64,000 nucleotides of DNA from a virus (taxonomy: Duplodnaviria; Caudoviricetes), in IMG/VR virus record IMGVR_UViG_3300032227_000318, positions 32,001 to 96,000 of that record; one strand, written 5' to 3'. A program made the position numbers and the translations under genes. Below the pieces are notes generated by a model that ran no database searches, had not been told where the DNA came from, and saw only the letters and a list, made by a program, of their open reading frames with translations. Position 1 is the stretch's first letter. The number at the start of each line of letters is the position of its first letter. This document shows positions 10,016 to 20,522 of this stretch, piece by piece.

Positions 10016-10232
10016 TAGCGCGGAGCTCCTCTTTAGTGGACGAAGGAATAGCGGCTTCATACATTGCAGCCAGACGGATGCAGGAAGCCATGCGGATGAG
10101 ATTGCCAGACTTGGCGTGCTTTACTGCGGTAAGCAGGAAGTCGGCTGCGAGACGGACTTCCACATCTTTGTGCTTTTCAATCGACTCAGCAATCTTAACC
10201 TTGCGGGACATTGGAACCTTTCTTGTCACTGT

Positions 10233-10308
10233 CATATACTGGATATAGTGATTGCAAGTTGGTATTTCAAGCTTTATGGTACGCATATCTCGTATGCATC
10301 GGACGCAT
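10233..10308 (-). promoter_or_regulatory. Repeated early promoter with upstream GCAT-N7-ATGC-N7-GCAT box
   Basis: TTGAAA-N17-TATATCCAGTATATG; one of 8 copies. Confidence 0.8.
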
Positions 10309-10374
10309 GGGTCCAATAAAGAAACGATACAACTTGCGGTAGACATTGCTGAACAGGGGGAGCGTCATCATCAT
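10267..10374 (-). CDS. Putative leaderless micropeptide (35 aa)
   Basis: ATG at predicted +1; shares LYRFFIGP with 20051-20134. Confidence 0.55.
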   Translation of the reverse strand: MMMTLPLFSNVYRKLYRFFIGPMRPMHTRYAYHKA

Positions 10375-10435
10375 ACTATGGATATAGTGATGCGACCCTC
10401 GTTTTTCAAGAAAGGGTCGCGCATACCAGCTATGC
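10372..10435 (-). promoter_or_regulatory. Repeated early promoter
   Basis: TTGAAA-N17-TATATCCA with GCAT-N7-ATGC box. Confidence 0.8.
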
Positions 10436-10621
10436 TCTAGGATCAGGTCCGATACGCGATTCCCTTAGATTGTAATGTCGCCGCTTTTCGGCCTATATTG
10501 TAGGTTGAACCTTTGTCATTTCTGAAGGTCAACTCTTCCTTGCGAGGTTTGCGATATTCGGCAACAGTGATGCAACCACCACTTTCAAGATATGCCAGAA
10601 TCAGTAGATCCGTGTCCATGC

Positions 10622-10634
10622 TAAGCCTTTGATT
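10622..10634 (-). promoter_or_regulatory. IHF consensus site
   Basis: AATCAAAGGCTTA matches WATCAANNNNTTR. Confidence 0.55.
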
Positions 10635-10689
10635 TTATTAAGAATTTTAAAGAAGCGCCTGGAGAAAGCCAGGCGCGCGACCTCATCCG

Positions 10690-11319
10690 TTAGGCAGCCC
10701 TAGCTATCATCTCGCGGGCCTGCTCCAGGAGAGCGTCCTTGTTGACGGGCGCGATATCGACCCGCTGGCAGTTGCGCTGCCAGACCCACACCACGTCCTG
10801 ATAGACCTCAGCAACCTTACCAGAACGTAAGGGCTTCTTGACCTTAACGTCAGAGGTGGCGATAGCCACCTTGTATTCCTGAGAAGAGCGATAACCCATA
10901 CCGTAGGTTGCAAGCATCTGAACTACAACCGGACCGATAGTGCCCTTGCCGTTCTTGCCCTTGACAACCTTAGCGATACAACCCTTCTGGATTGCCCGCG
11001 CCTCGGATTCAGCATTGCCTACAAGGGTTTGGAAAGCATTCTCGACCTTCCAGTCATGATAGGCCTTCTTGACCTCATCGGTCGCGTCCACCGTGATCTG
11101 GACGGGTTTCCAGTCGGGTCCGTTCATATCGTATACGTTGACCAGCACCAGCTTGGCCCGCTTTTCCTGAGCGTCCCAAACGAGGGCGAAGTCCGCAGAT
11201 CCCCATACGTCGGACATGATCCGATAAGAGCGGTCATGTTCAACCTTGAGTACAGCACCCTCCCAGTTGTGGGCGGTGTCGTTAAAGCCGTTGTGCTGGG
11301 CAGACCAAGCGATAGCCAT
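10690..11319 (-). CDS. Hypothetical early protein
   Basis: 209-aa ORF, AGGAG RBS, downstream of early promoter. Confidence 0.7.
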   Translation of the reverse strand: MAIAWSAQHNGFNDTAHNWEGAVLKVEHDRSYRIMSDVWGSADFALVWDAQEKRAKLVLVNVYDMNGPDWKPVQITVDATDEVKKAYHDWKVENAFQTLVGNAESEARAIQKGCIAKVVKGKNGKGTIGPVVVQMLATYGMGYRSSQEYKVAIATSDVKVKKPLRSGKVAEVYQDVVWVWQRNCQRVDIAPVNKDALLEQAREMIARAA

Positions 11320-11349
11320 TAGGTATTCTCCTGTTGTTGTCTCTTGACT

Positions 11350-11417
11350 AGGAGATAGTGATGGGTGATCTGAAATTCAATGTTTTCAAACGCATAGCAG
11401 GTATGCTCATGGAACAT
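11350..11417 (-). promoter_or_regulatory. Repeated early promoter
   Basis: TTGAAT-N17-TATCTC with GCAT-N7-ATGC-N7-ACAT box. Confidence 0.7.
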
Positions 11418-11614
11418 ACCTGCTTACGCTACGTTATTTATAACTTCGGCTGTTACCGTAAAAGTCGTCTATCTCATCCGCTTCATCTAAATGTTCCACA
11501 TAAACTTTTGTCCAATTTCGAATTGGTCGGCGCTTAGTGCCGCTTCTCATGTCCACATATTCTTCATCATCAACATTCTCTTGAGTACCATAATGATTCT
11601 TTTTATACTTCATG

Positions 11615-12007
11615 TCAATAAACCTTTGCGAGATTTAGGCCTTTCTTGTTAAATGTGTCACGCCATTTTAGAAACGAGGAGCCGTGACCAACTTCTTCGT
11701 TATAGATATATTGATAGTGATGCACCATTTCATGTGCTAGGATTTCAACAAAGAATTGTTTGGATTTGTATCGCTTGTTCATGAGCAATCTGGACGTACC
11801 AGTTTTGGGATCAGTCTGGTCATAATCGTACCACGCATAAGCGCCTCGGCGCCAGCGTATATCAATGTCATTAATTTTAGGAAGAGCATTGTCAAAGAGT
11901 TCACGATTGAGGATATTGAACCATTTCTGGCAATCCTCAATCGTTGTTTCATATTCATGTGGGTCATGCGTTTCTAATAGCTTTGCTAATTTTGACTTCC
12001 TTGCCAT
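11615..12007 (-). CDS. SprT-like zinc metalloprotease
   Basis: LNRELFDNALP, ILAHEMVHHYQ, HGSSF. Confidence 0.85.
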   Translation of the reverse strand: MARKSKLAKLLETHDPHEYETTIEDCQKWFNILNRELFDNALPKINDIDIRWRRGAYAWYDYDQTDPKTGTSRLLMNKRYKSKQFFVEILAHEMVHHYQYIYNEEVGHGSSFLKWRDTFNKKGLNLAKVY

Positions 12008-12050
12008 TTTTGTTCCCGAGAAAAAATGACATAGTATAGATCAATCAATA

Positions 12051-12476
12051 TTAAGGCAATAATCCAGGAAAAGCTTCTTGCACCAACTTGTAAGTCAGGC
12101 CCTTAACCTTTAGGTCTTTGAGTATCATATTCATGAACACATCAGCTTCAGCCGATTCAAGAGCTTCTAGAATCTGAATTAGAATTTCTTGACGCCTAAC
12201 ATCTGTTAGGTTCGGCGGCGCCTTTGTGCTGCCCTCAACGAATAGATATGCTCGACGCATTTCAACATCAATTGAAGAGTAGCCTAGGCCAGGTGGTGCA
12301 TCTGATCGACGGTATGATGGCTTAGACTTAACGGTAAATTTTACATCAGGATGTAATGCACCCTGTAATAAATCTAGAAGAGCAGGCCTATTGTTCTTGT
12401 GTAAGACAGCTATCTTAGCCGCTCTATCTGGTGCTCGTTCAAAGTCTCTAAAAATCTCGTACATATTCTGGTTCAT
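12051..12476 (-). CDS. Conserved T4-like phage protein
   Basis: RRQEILIQILEAL..EA, LVQEAFPGLL; downstream of rnh. Confidence 0.7.
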   Translation of the reverse strand: MNQNMYEIFRDFERAPDRAAKIAVLHKNNRPALLDLLQGALHPDVKFTVKSKPSYRRSDAPPGLGYSSIDVEMRRAYLFVEGSTKAPPNLTDVRRQEILIQILEALESAEADVFMNMILKDLKVKGLTYKLVQEAFPGLLP

Positions 12477-13330
12477 TAAAATTCATCCAAACATTCAATT
12501 AGGTTTCTAAGTTTCTTGTCAATGAAGTAGTTCAACATCTTCTGCTTGTTACCAGCCTTTGTAGTCTCATATGATAATACAATAGCAGACTGGATGGTTT
12601 CAGGAATGAAGTCAAGATCGACCAGCATTTGGTTGCGCTTGTATCCACGAAGCATCACCTCAGTGATACAGAACTCTTCTGGAGACTTGTTGATCCATTC
12701 TTCAAGCTTCTTCTTATTTATTGTCTTTTGTCTTTCACCGAGAGCAAATGTATTATCGGGCGAAAGAAAATTAGGAATGCCGTCACCACGGTCGCCCTTG
12801 AGGATATGCTCTTTGACATACTGAGCAGGGTTATCCACTTCCACAAACTTCTTTAGGATTGGACTATACTGAATGACATTATCATATTTCTGAAGCTGCA
12901 CAAAGTCCTTATCAGAGGACAGAATTAGTACTTCACCACTAGATGCCAAACGAGGTGCCAATACGCCAATAACATCATCGGCCTCTGCGCCTTCAACGTC
13001 AATCACCTTGTATGGGAAGTTTTCTTTCAGTTCATCCCTGATCTTGTTCAGGGTTTCAAAAATGAGATGCCAGTCAAAATCGGACTTCTCACGATCCTTC
13101 TTACGATTGGACTTGTAGAATGCAAATACATCTCTACGCCAATACTTCTTAGAATCACAAGCAATGATGATTTCGCCGTACTTCGACTTGAATTGCCTAA
13201 TGTAGGAACGCAGACTGTTGAGAACCATATGACGAATAAGACTTTCGTCCAGCTTCTCTTTTGGATTCGAATTGATCTGCTGCATTAAGTTAGAGATTAG
13301 AACCTGATTAAGGTCTATCAAGATAGCCAT
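12476..13330 (-). CDS. rnh: RNase H / 5'-3' exonuclease (T4 rnh)
   Basis: IRHMVLNSLR, YWRRDVFAFYK, EADDVI, SSDKDFVQL, GDRGDGIPN. Confidence 0.95.
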   Translation of the reverse strand: MAILIDLNQVLISNLMQQINSNPKEKLDESLIRHMVLNSLRSYIRQFKSKYGEIIIACDSKKYWRRDVFAFYKSNRKKDREKSDFDWHLIFETLNKIRDELKENFPYKVIDVEGAEADDVIGVLAPRLASSGEVLILSSDKDFVQLQKYDNVIQYSPILKKFVEVDNPAQYVKEHILKGDRGDGIPNFLSPDNTFALGERQKTINKKKLEEWINKSPEEFCITEVMLRGYKRNQMLVDLDFIPETIQSAIVLSYETTKAGNKQKMLNYFIDKKLRNLIECLDEF

Positions 13331-13367
13331 TATATACTCTTTCTGTTACTACATCAGTATATAGTAT

Positions 13368-13769
13368 TTATTTTTCGGTGTCAACTTCTGAGTCACTTTC
13401 TGTAACGTCATTGATGATAATGTCTTCTGAAGCATCATCAACATCAAACGTCATATCACCAGTTTCACCCTTTTTGATTACTGTTACATTGCTATCAATG
13501 AAGTCATGTAGATGATGATTAATCGTTAGTGATCTGTAGATGGTCCCGCGAAGAGCTTCTATTGCAAACGAGAAGTCTTTCTCAAAATTTTTGCCTTCGT
13601 TGTCAACACCATAGTTATCTAGAGTGTTCATTATACCCTCAATCAGATCATCAATGATATCATCTGCATAATTTTGACGGCCCTTTTCTTTGGCCTTTTC
13701 CAATTCTTCAATCTGTGGAGGAATTTCTCTTATAATTTTATGTTCTGGAAACTTGAATACATTGGTCAT
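13368..13769 (-). CDS. Hypothetical protein
   Basis: MTNVFKFP start, HHLHDF. Confidence 0.65.
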   Translation of the reverse strand: MTNVFKFPEHKIIREIPPQIEELEKAKEKGRQNYADDIIDDLIEGIMNTLDNYGVDNEGKNFEKDFSFAIEALRGTIYRSLTINHHLHDFIDSNVTVIKKGETGDMTFDVDDASEDIIINDVTESDSEVDTEK

Positions 13770-14902
13770 TTGATAATCCTTACAAGCACTGTCTCATTAT
13801 TTATGCGGCCAGTGGCTTCTTTGGACTTACACTTGATTTCATCCATGAACTTTCGAAGAACAATCTTACCGCCGTCAAGCAACTTGTTCACTTGTTCAGT
13901 CGGCTTTCGCAGTTTCTTCACAATGGAGGTCTTTTCATCAAAGCCAATTACTGTGCTACCCTTGACGTTAAGCCCAGCAGGGCCCATAGCATTGTAAACA
14001 GCCAGAGTTCGATATTTGGAATTGAACACCCAAAGCTGATTGCATCCAATAATCTGCTTCGGATCAACTGAAGTGACATTGTACGTTTCATCCTTTTCTT
14101 TGAACTTGAGTTTGCCGACAACAACAGAGGCAGGCTTTTCCTTCTTCTTGCGAGGCTTTCGTGCAGCCTTGACGACCACAGCACGGGTCTCGGCCGCAGA
14201 AACAATAGACTTCACAAACTCTACATAAGCCTTCAGCTTCGGCTTTGAGTAACGAGAATATGCTTCACGCAACTCAGGCACTTTACCAGAGAGAGCATCA
14301 AAGAGTTCGGAGTAAAGCGGCTTGTAATAGTCTGCAATGCGCTGTGCAATAGCAGGCTTCACATCATGCTGCGAAAGCCAATCGCTAGCCTTGAACTGAG
14401 TTCCATCACGATAGTAGTTGTCAAGCTGGACTTCAAGGTCAGCAATCAGGTCATTAGCCCGATTGGCTACGCGCTCTTGAATGGAGATTACTTGCTTGAC
14501 TTCTTCTTTCTTGGTGCTGACTTCTTCTTCGGTGCTGGCGACACTGGCGACACTGGCGCTGGATCCAGCGGCAAGGGCGCGGATACGTTCGAGGTTTCGC
14601 TGTTCGATTTTGCTTGGGAGATTACCGCCCAGAAGTAGTATACGGCAATTCCAACCGCTAGTGCGGCAAGAATGAGGATTAATTCGATTGGCATTCTTGA
14701 TTAGTTCCTTTTCTGTCTTGTGAAATTCCTTCAAGTATTCAATGATCCAGTCCTTAGCCTGATCCGAATCATAGAAATAGTTATACCAGTTGTAGGCCTG
14801 AATGACCTGAGCATCTGTAACGTCACCGCGAAGGTCGGGTTCAGCGCCAAGATATTTCTCATCCGCAAACTTACCGCGAATTGCCTTTTGCTTCTTTGCC
14901 AT
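13766..14902 (-). CDS. Conserved T4-like phage protein
   Basis: AYNWYNY, LWVFNSKYR.L, KKLRKP, GRINNETVL. Confidence 0.75.
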   Translation of the reverse strand: MAKKQKAIRGKFADEKYLGAEPDLRGDVTDAQVIQAYNWYNYFYDSDQAKDWIIEYLKEFHKTEKELIKNANRINPHSCRTSGWNCRILLLGGNLPSKIEQRNLERIRALAAGSSASVASVASTEEEVSTKKEEVKQVISIQERVANRANDLIADLEVQLDNYYRDGTQFKASDWLSQHDVKPAIAQRIADYYKPLYSELFDALSGKVPELREAYSRYSKPKLKAYVEFVKSIVSAAETRAVVVKAARKPRKKKEKPASVVVGKLKFKEKDETYNVTSVDPKQIIGCNQLWVFNSKYRTLAVYNAMGPAGLNVKGSTVIGFDEKTSIVKKLRKPTEQVNKLLDGGKIVLRKFMDEIKCKSKEATGRINNETVLVRIIK

Positions 14903-15514
14903 AATGTTCCTATAGCGAGTTAAAATTCCAATCTTTGAAGTTCGTAATCACACAGATACCGTCTTCAAGATAGTCATAAGTATAGCTGAGTTCTTCGGCA
15001 TAGTCAAGGGCCTCTTCCAGAGTGGAAAACATCTTATCTGCATGGAAATAACTCGAAATCATTTCAGGGTCACCTTGCCACTGAAATGATTCGTCGGAAA
15101 AGTTTCCATAAATGTTGTCAATAGCCTGATGATATCCTACACGAAATTCTGGACCTTCGGTCTGTAGAATATAAATTCCATTATCGGCTGACATTATTCA
15201 ATCTCATACTCATCAAATCTCTTTTCTTGCATAGTCTTTTGTTTCCAATGTTTGCGAGGATTACCACACGCATAGCAAGAGCAGGGCTTTCGCGTTTCGG
15301 CCATTCTCTTTTGATGCTGTTCCTTGTGTTCTTCACCTGAGAACCAATTCTTGTACCAAAAAAACTTCTTGACCTTGTTCAGCATCCTATCATGATGATG
15401 ACGGCGTTCAGCCCTGCTCTTAGCCATGTTACTTTCTCCTGTTGCGCGCCTTTCGCTTCTTTGAGCCAATCTTACGGCGGCCCTTTCGCGGGCGATTCTT
15501 ATGTGAATGTGGCA

Positions 15515-15790
15515 TTATACTCTATCTACTCCTATATATTGAACTTCGATCACTGAATTGACATTGAAAGACCGCCAACCCTTGTTGTCTAAATCCCAGA
15601 CAGCAAGAACTTCATTATTCTGCTTTCTAGGAACATGAGCAACCTGTTCTTCACTTATGACCATAGGCAGATAATCGGCCATTAGAGTGCAGTTCATCAT
15701 TCGAACTGTACCATCACTCTTGTTGAAGACAACCTTAGCAACACACTTTGAAAGGTTCTCTTTCAGTTCAATCTTACTCAACATTGCCAT
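15515..15790 (-). CDS. WYL/SH3-fold-like protein
   Basis: VVFNKSDGTVRMMNCTL, VWDLDNKGWRSF. Confidence 0.7.
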   Translation of the reverse strand: MAMLSKIELKENLSKCVAKVVFNKSDGTVRMMNCTLMADYLPMVISEEQVAHVPRKQNNEVLAVWDLDNKGWRSFNVNSVIEVQYIGVDRV

Positions 15791-16053
15791 ATACCCTCTG
15801 AAGTTCCATGAATTCGTCATAGTCATTCTTGGTCATGTAGTAGCCAAGAAGAACCTTCATAGCATCATGAACCTCAGCATTACGCTTGAAGTCTTCAATC
15901 TCAAAGTCCTTCATATTGCCCATCTTGTGCTTCAACTCATGAAGTTCCTGACAGACAAATTCAAAGTCTTCCTTGAGAACCTGAGCAACAATATTGCCAG
16001 CATCTTCAAGATCAATTTCCATATTCCGCTTCACACTCACGTTATACATTACT

Positions 16054-16314
16054 TTACCTTTCTGTTAGATTATGATTATCACAATATTCAACAAAGTCTT
16101 CGTAACCACCAATGCGCTTATTATACACGAAAATCTGCGGCACTGTCAAGGGCAGATTTTCAGGCACAAGTTGTTTTAACTCGTCTCGCGTGTAGTCTAC
16201 ATCAAGTACCTTTTCATCATAATTGAGATGCAGCTTATTCATCAGTTCTTTAGCTTTGACACACCAAGGGCAGTTAGGCTTAGAATAGATTACGATGTTC
16301 ATCGCCTTCTCCAA
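16054..16314 (-). CDS. nrdC: Glutaredoxin
   Basis: CPWC, TVPQIF, IGGY. Confidence 0.9.
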   Translation of the reverse strand: MEKAMNIVIYSKPNCPWCVKAKELMNKLHLNYDEKVLDVDYTRDELKQLVPENLPLTVPQIFVYNKRIGGYEDFVEYCDNHNLTER

Positions 16315-16495
16315 GTTTTGGTATCTTCAATCGCGTAGAAGAACATATAGATTACTCCAATAAAAACACTTGCAATAAAAGCAATTGCAACATATCCAAG
16401 AATTGAAGGCCACACTGTGGCTATCGCAAACAGAATGGCAATAATGCCAATCGTTATTGCGGTCTTAAACAAGGCTCTCTTAGTCACTTCGGTCA

Positions 16496-17200
16496 TTAGT
16501 CAATCTCCACAATTAAAGGGATATAGTTTTGATACCACGGCTGTTCATTTGGATAGCCGCGAGGATTACACACAACTCTCGTATTGCCAATCATATAGTC
16601 ACATCGTTCATGCGTGTGCCCATGCACGATAAGCTTCGGTGGCTTCTTCATTTCAAGAATCTGGTGCGACAGTTCAGTTGCAAAAAAGTCGTTACCACCA
16701 GATTCACGATACTTATCATGCACCGACTGAAAAGACGGCAGATGATGCACAACCCAGATATCAGCACCAGAATTAAATAGAAAATGCTTATGTGTTTCAT
16801 GAGCATTCATGTATCTATCATAGTTCATACCCTTGATGTTGCGATAGTCCATCATATACTCTTTGAAGTCCCACCAACGAGTAGGTAAGATATCAGTCCA
16901 AAGAGTAGCACCAGCGATAGTGATTGTGCCACCATCAGGCTTTTCTAGAAAGAGTAGATCAGGAAAGTCCATATCAGCATTAAGAAATGTGCCGCCATAG
17001 TAGTCGTGATTACCTGGCACTGAAAAGAGTTTATCCTTGAACAGCGAATAGAAATAGTCGCGCGTCAACTTCTGCGGATGCGTATCACCTGCATTCAGAT
17101 AGAATACATCAGGATCAGGCTGAAAGAACCACGGTTGAAATTCCATATGCAGGTCTGAAAAGATTCCAAACTTCACGGATCTAGTTCTTTCTCTTTCCAT
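16496..17200 (-). CDS. Metallophosphoesterase
   Basis: SDLH, AGD, GNHDYY, GATLWTD, HGHTH, NPRGY. Confidence 0.85.
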   Translation of the reverse strand: MERERTRSVKFGIFSDLHMEFQPWFFQPDPDVFYLNAGDTHPQKLTRDYFYSLFKDKLFSVPGNHDYYGGTFLNADMDFPDLLFLEKPDGGTITIAGATLWTDILPTRWWDFKEYMMDYRNIKGMNYDRYMNAHETHKHFLFNSGADIWVVHHLPSFQSVHDKYRESGGNDFFATELSHQILEMKKPPKLIVHGHTHERCDYMIGNTRVVCNPRGYPNEQPWYQNYIPLIVEID

Positions 17201-17351
17201 ACAATGGCTTCACTTATGACCGAGACATTATATCCACCGATCTTCTCAGCCCAAAGTATAGCAGCATTTGAGCTATCTGTAAAGACTTCGGATTGATACC
17301 AATAAACACCGATAGCATACCGAACAGTAAACTTTTTCATTTTATTCTCCA

Positions 17352-17831
17352 TTAGACATAAGCGGCACGAACCTCATCAAAACCTTCTTCAATCGTCGGC
17401 TGTTGCAGAGAGGTTATCATCTGCTGAACAGCAAACTCAGGAATGGTCTTGCCAGGCCGAGAACCAAGCCGACGATATAGCTCTCCAGTTTCAGGAGTAG
17501 GAAAGAAGATTGCAATCTTGCGGTAAGTATTAGGCACCGCAGCAAGCTTCTGTGCGCGCGACTTCTTGTTAAGATTGGTCTGATCCCAAATGATGTTATA
17601 ACCATACATGATAACATCCTTGATATGCGTCATCATGGCCTTATTAGCATAGTCAATGTTATCTTGGAACATATCATCATAAGTTGCTTGACGCATGGAC
17701 GCATAGATTTCAATCAAGCGATCCGTAGATGCAACATAATGACCAGTCAGATCAGGAAAGTTTTGAGCGATCCAAGTAGACTTGCCGGAGCCAGGGACTC
17801 CGACAAGCATATATAGCATAGGATTAGACAT
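17352..17831 (-). CDS. Polynucleotide kinase-like P-loop kinase
   Basis: LVGVPGSGKSTW, STD, WDQTNL..KSR, EEGFDE. Confidence 0.85.
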   Translation of the reverse strand: MSNPMLYMLVGVPGSGKSTWIAQNFPDLTGHYVASTDRLIEIYASMRQATYDDMFQDNIDYANKAMMTHIKDVIMYGYNIIWDQTNLNKKSRAQKLAAVPNTYRKIAIFFPTPETGELYRRLGSRPGKTIPEFAVQQMITSLQQPTIEEGFDEVRAAYV

Positions 17832-17935
17832 AATTAGCATCCTTCAGAAAAGCTTCCTTGATCTTTGTATAAGAAGCATTAGATCCACAGTTCTTGAGTA
17901 TCATAGCAACAACCGCTTAATAAGTCAAGCGTTCA

Positions 17936-18298
17936 TCACACTTTTCTCCCTAGTGTTTCAACATCAGCACCATCAGTGATGTACTGATAGCCGGTTTTAT
18001 TGGCCACAGGTGCTAGACGGTTCTTCTTCTTCTCAATCTCTCTAATGGTAGCAACAGATTCCTCGCGGTCGCGCTTCCATTTGTAGTCCTCAACAGACCG
18101 CTTGAAGCCATTGCCGACCGAGTTAGACAGTGGCGCCAACTCCCTCTTCGGCAATGGCTCAGGCATATTGATAGGCCGTTCTTTAGACGAATCTTTAAGA
18201 ATGGACTTGAAATACGTTTTACGTTCCTCACGAAGACGCAGTGTCTTAGCTGATGGCTTTTTACGGTCAGAAGATGTTTTAGTGTATACAAGTGCCAT
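17936..18298 (-). CDS. Hypothetical basic protein
   Basis: APVANKTGYQYIT C-terminal motif. Confidence 0.6.
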   Translation of the reverse strand: MALVYTKTSSDRKKPSAKTLRLREERKTYFKSILKDSSKERPINMPEPLPKRELAPLSNSVGNGFKRSVEDYKWKRDREESVATIREIEKKKNRLAPVANKTGYQYITDGADVETLGRKV

Positions 18299-19038
18299 CA
18301 GTCAACCCAACCTTCCGAATATTCTTCGCGCTTATTACTATGATACTCATGGAGCCCGTCAAGGAACGAGTTGATATCGTCCAACGGAATGCTCATTATA
18401 TGCTTTTTCTCAGCCACAGTCAAGATGTAATCAGCAACGAGTTGAGGAATCTCAGCATAGGTCTGGTAGTGCTTACGCATAATCAATCTTCTTGTGCTTA
18501 ATCTTACGGGTGTAGGCCTTCTTGCTCTTGACGGTTTGTTGTCGGTACTTGGGAGACCACAGAACCTTTGCTATGTGATTACGCATCTTCCAGTTCCTCT
18601 AGTAGCTGCTTTGCAGCAGGAGCCAATACATGTTCAAGATGATAGGGCAGGCCGTTGATGTAGCACAGATACCCAACATCACGCAAGTCATACGCTTCAG
18701 GTTTGAGCGATACGACATAGTGATAGATTGCACGATCCTCATCACAATCCATGAGGTTCTGAATCAGAGCGATCTTCTCTTCAAAGACCTTGATCTTGCG
18801 TTCCTCTTCATCACGTTCATGCTTAAGAGTCTCTTCAGCCCACTTAGAGTATGATTCGGCAATAGACTGCGCCTCAGCATCGGAACAATCCGCATCATAG
18901 AAGCGATGGGCGCGCGGGCGCATACCAGTGACAGTCTTGTAGTCTTCCCAGAACACTTCACCAGCAACCTTACGATCAAACTTCAGCATGATTTCCTCAT
19001 TGATTGTTAGAGTATTGTAGCAGATAGTCGCGGCCGCG

Positions 19039-19305
19039 TCAAGCCGCTTCAACCTCTTCTTCCACGCGATGGTGTTCAGCCAGCTCTTCCCAGTCAACCT
19101 CGCGCAGGGCCGCGTTCATAATATCAGCGGCAAAGCCATACTGCGGCAGGGCGCCGTCAGATTCTAGCATCTCTTCAACGAAGGACTGGATATATTCAGC
19201 ATCAATTACATTGCCGTCATTCTGCATGTCGGTAAAAACATCACCATACCAGAGATTGACGAGCCAGGTTTCGTAGTTAGACCAGCCGTTATAACCGTTA
19301 GACAT
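19039..19305 (-). CDS. Hypothetical early protein
   Basis: YNGWSNYETWLVNLW..VDWEELAEH. Confidence 0.7.
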   Translation of the reverse strand: MSNGYNGWSNYETWLVNLWYGDVFTDMQNDGNVIDAEYIQSFVEEMLESDGALPQYGFAADIMNAALREVDWEELAEHHRVEEEVEAA

Positions 19306-19426
19306 TATTGCTTCTCCATGAGAATTTTGACAATTTGATGGGACGGCTTACCTGCAATTCGTGCAAGTTGAGCCACAGTCATGTTCGGCTTAGAGTCGAA
19401 CAAGTCTCGGATTTCTTGTTTTGTCA

Positions 19427-19717
19427 TTACATGCTCCAGTAAGATTCAGACGAGGGCGAACAGTAGTTCGGCGTATTGATACGCTCAAAGAACGGCTTCC
19501 CGCTCATGAGGTTGGTACGCTGGACAATCTGTTCAATGTTATCGTGGAAGTTTTGTTCGTCAGTCACAGCCAGCTGGTCGGCGGTGTACTTCCCAGACTT
19601 GATCAGGCGCGACATGTGAGACTTGGCCGCAGCGATGGAGTCAAAGATGGGTGCGTCATACTTGGCCTTTTTTCCAGCATAGCGGGTGGTGGCAATCTCA
19701 AAAACGACGAAGGTCAT
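19427..19717 (-). CDS. Hypothetical early protein
   Basis: NLMSGKPF.E..NTP.YCSPSSESYWSM. Confidence 0.7.
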   Translation of the reverse strand: MTFVVFEIATTRYAGKKAKYDAPIFDSIAAAKSHMSRLIKSGKYTADQLAVTDEQNFHDNIEQIVQRTNLMSGKPFFERINTPNYCSPSSESYWSM

Positions 19718-19732
19718 GGTGTCTCTCTTTCT

Positions 19733-19807
19733 CATATACTGGATATAGTGATTGCAAGTCTGATTTTCAATGTCTAAGGACGCTGGACTGCTATGCGTCC
19801 ATCGCAT
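19733..19807 (-). promoter_or_regulatory. Repeated early promoter
   Basis: TTGAAA-N17-TATATCCAGTATATG with ATGC-N7-GCAT box. Confidence 0.8.
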
Positions 19808-20051
19808 TGCTACCGTACTTGCGTTCAATATACTTTCTCATTATCTGCAAACCTTTCTCAACGTAAGTATATGCAACCTGTCTACTGACGTTAAGTTCCT
19901 TGGCAATCTCAATATATGTTAACCCATTGAAATGTCTCATATAAACCGCGCGGGCAAGGGGATGGCCACTAAGTCTTTGATTTCCTCTGTTCTTTTTGTT
20001 CCAAAGAACGGCCAGAGCATCAAGCATCAGGTCACGGTTGTTCATAATCAT
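19791..20051 (-). CDS. Sigma region-4-like HTH protein
   Basis: GLTYIEIAKELNVSRQVAYTYVEKGL. Confidence 0.7.
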   Translation of the reverse strand: MIMNNRDLMLDALAVLWNKKNRGNQRLSGHPLARAVYMRHFNGLTYIEIAKELNVSRQVAYTYVEKGLQIMRKYIERKYGSNAMDA

Positions 20052-20134
20052 TAAGACACCTTATAGTTGTAACGGGGAAGGGGGCCGATGAAGAATCGGT
20101 AGAGGGCGCGGAGGAAGGGGATCTTGGTCATCAT
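20051..20134 (-). CDS. Putative leaderless micropeptide (27 aa)
   Basis: MMTKIPFLRALYRFFIGPLPRYNYKVS; TAATG coupling to next gene. Confidence 0.6.
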   Translation of the reverse strand: MMTKIPFLRALYRFFIGPLPRYNYKVS

Positions 20135-20254
20135 ATACTGGATATAGTGATGCAACCCTCTGGTTTCAACTGAGGAAATAGAATACCAGCCATACGCAAG
20201 GCGCATAGCTGGCTAAATTGTTGATTTTATTGAGATTTTGCTAAGTGCTTGATT
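20132..20254 (-). promoter_or_regulatory. Repeated early promoter plus two IHF consensus sites
   Basis: TTGAAA-N17-TATATCCAG; WATCAANNNNTTR at 20214-20226 and 20242-20254. Confidence 0.75.
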
Positions 20255-20522
20255 TTGTTAGCTTTTCAGTGCAATGATATATTGACGAACAAATGCATCG
20301 TCCAGTTGCACTCCCATTCTCTTCAACTGGAGGTATTCTTTTGCATATTCTACACGGAACATGCGAACCAATCCAGTTTCAGTTTCATTAGAAAAACCAC
20401 GTATAACATTATGCAATATTCTTTCCCATGCAGTCATGGTAGGTAACTCCTCTTAATCGTCTTGTGATACACTGGTATATATGTATTTCGCAATTGCGAG
20501 ATAAGATGACGGAGTGTCGCAG

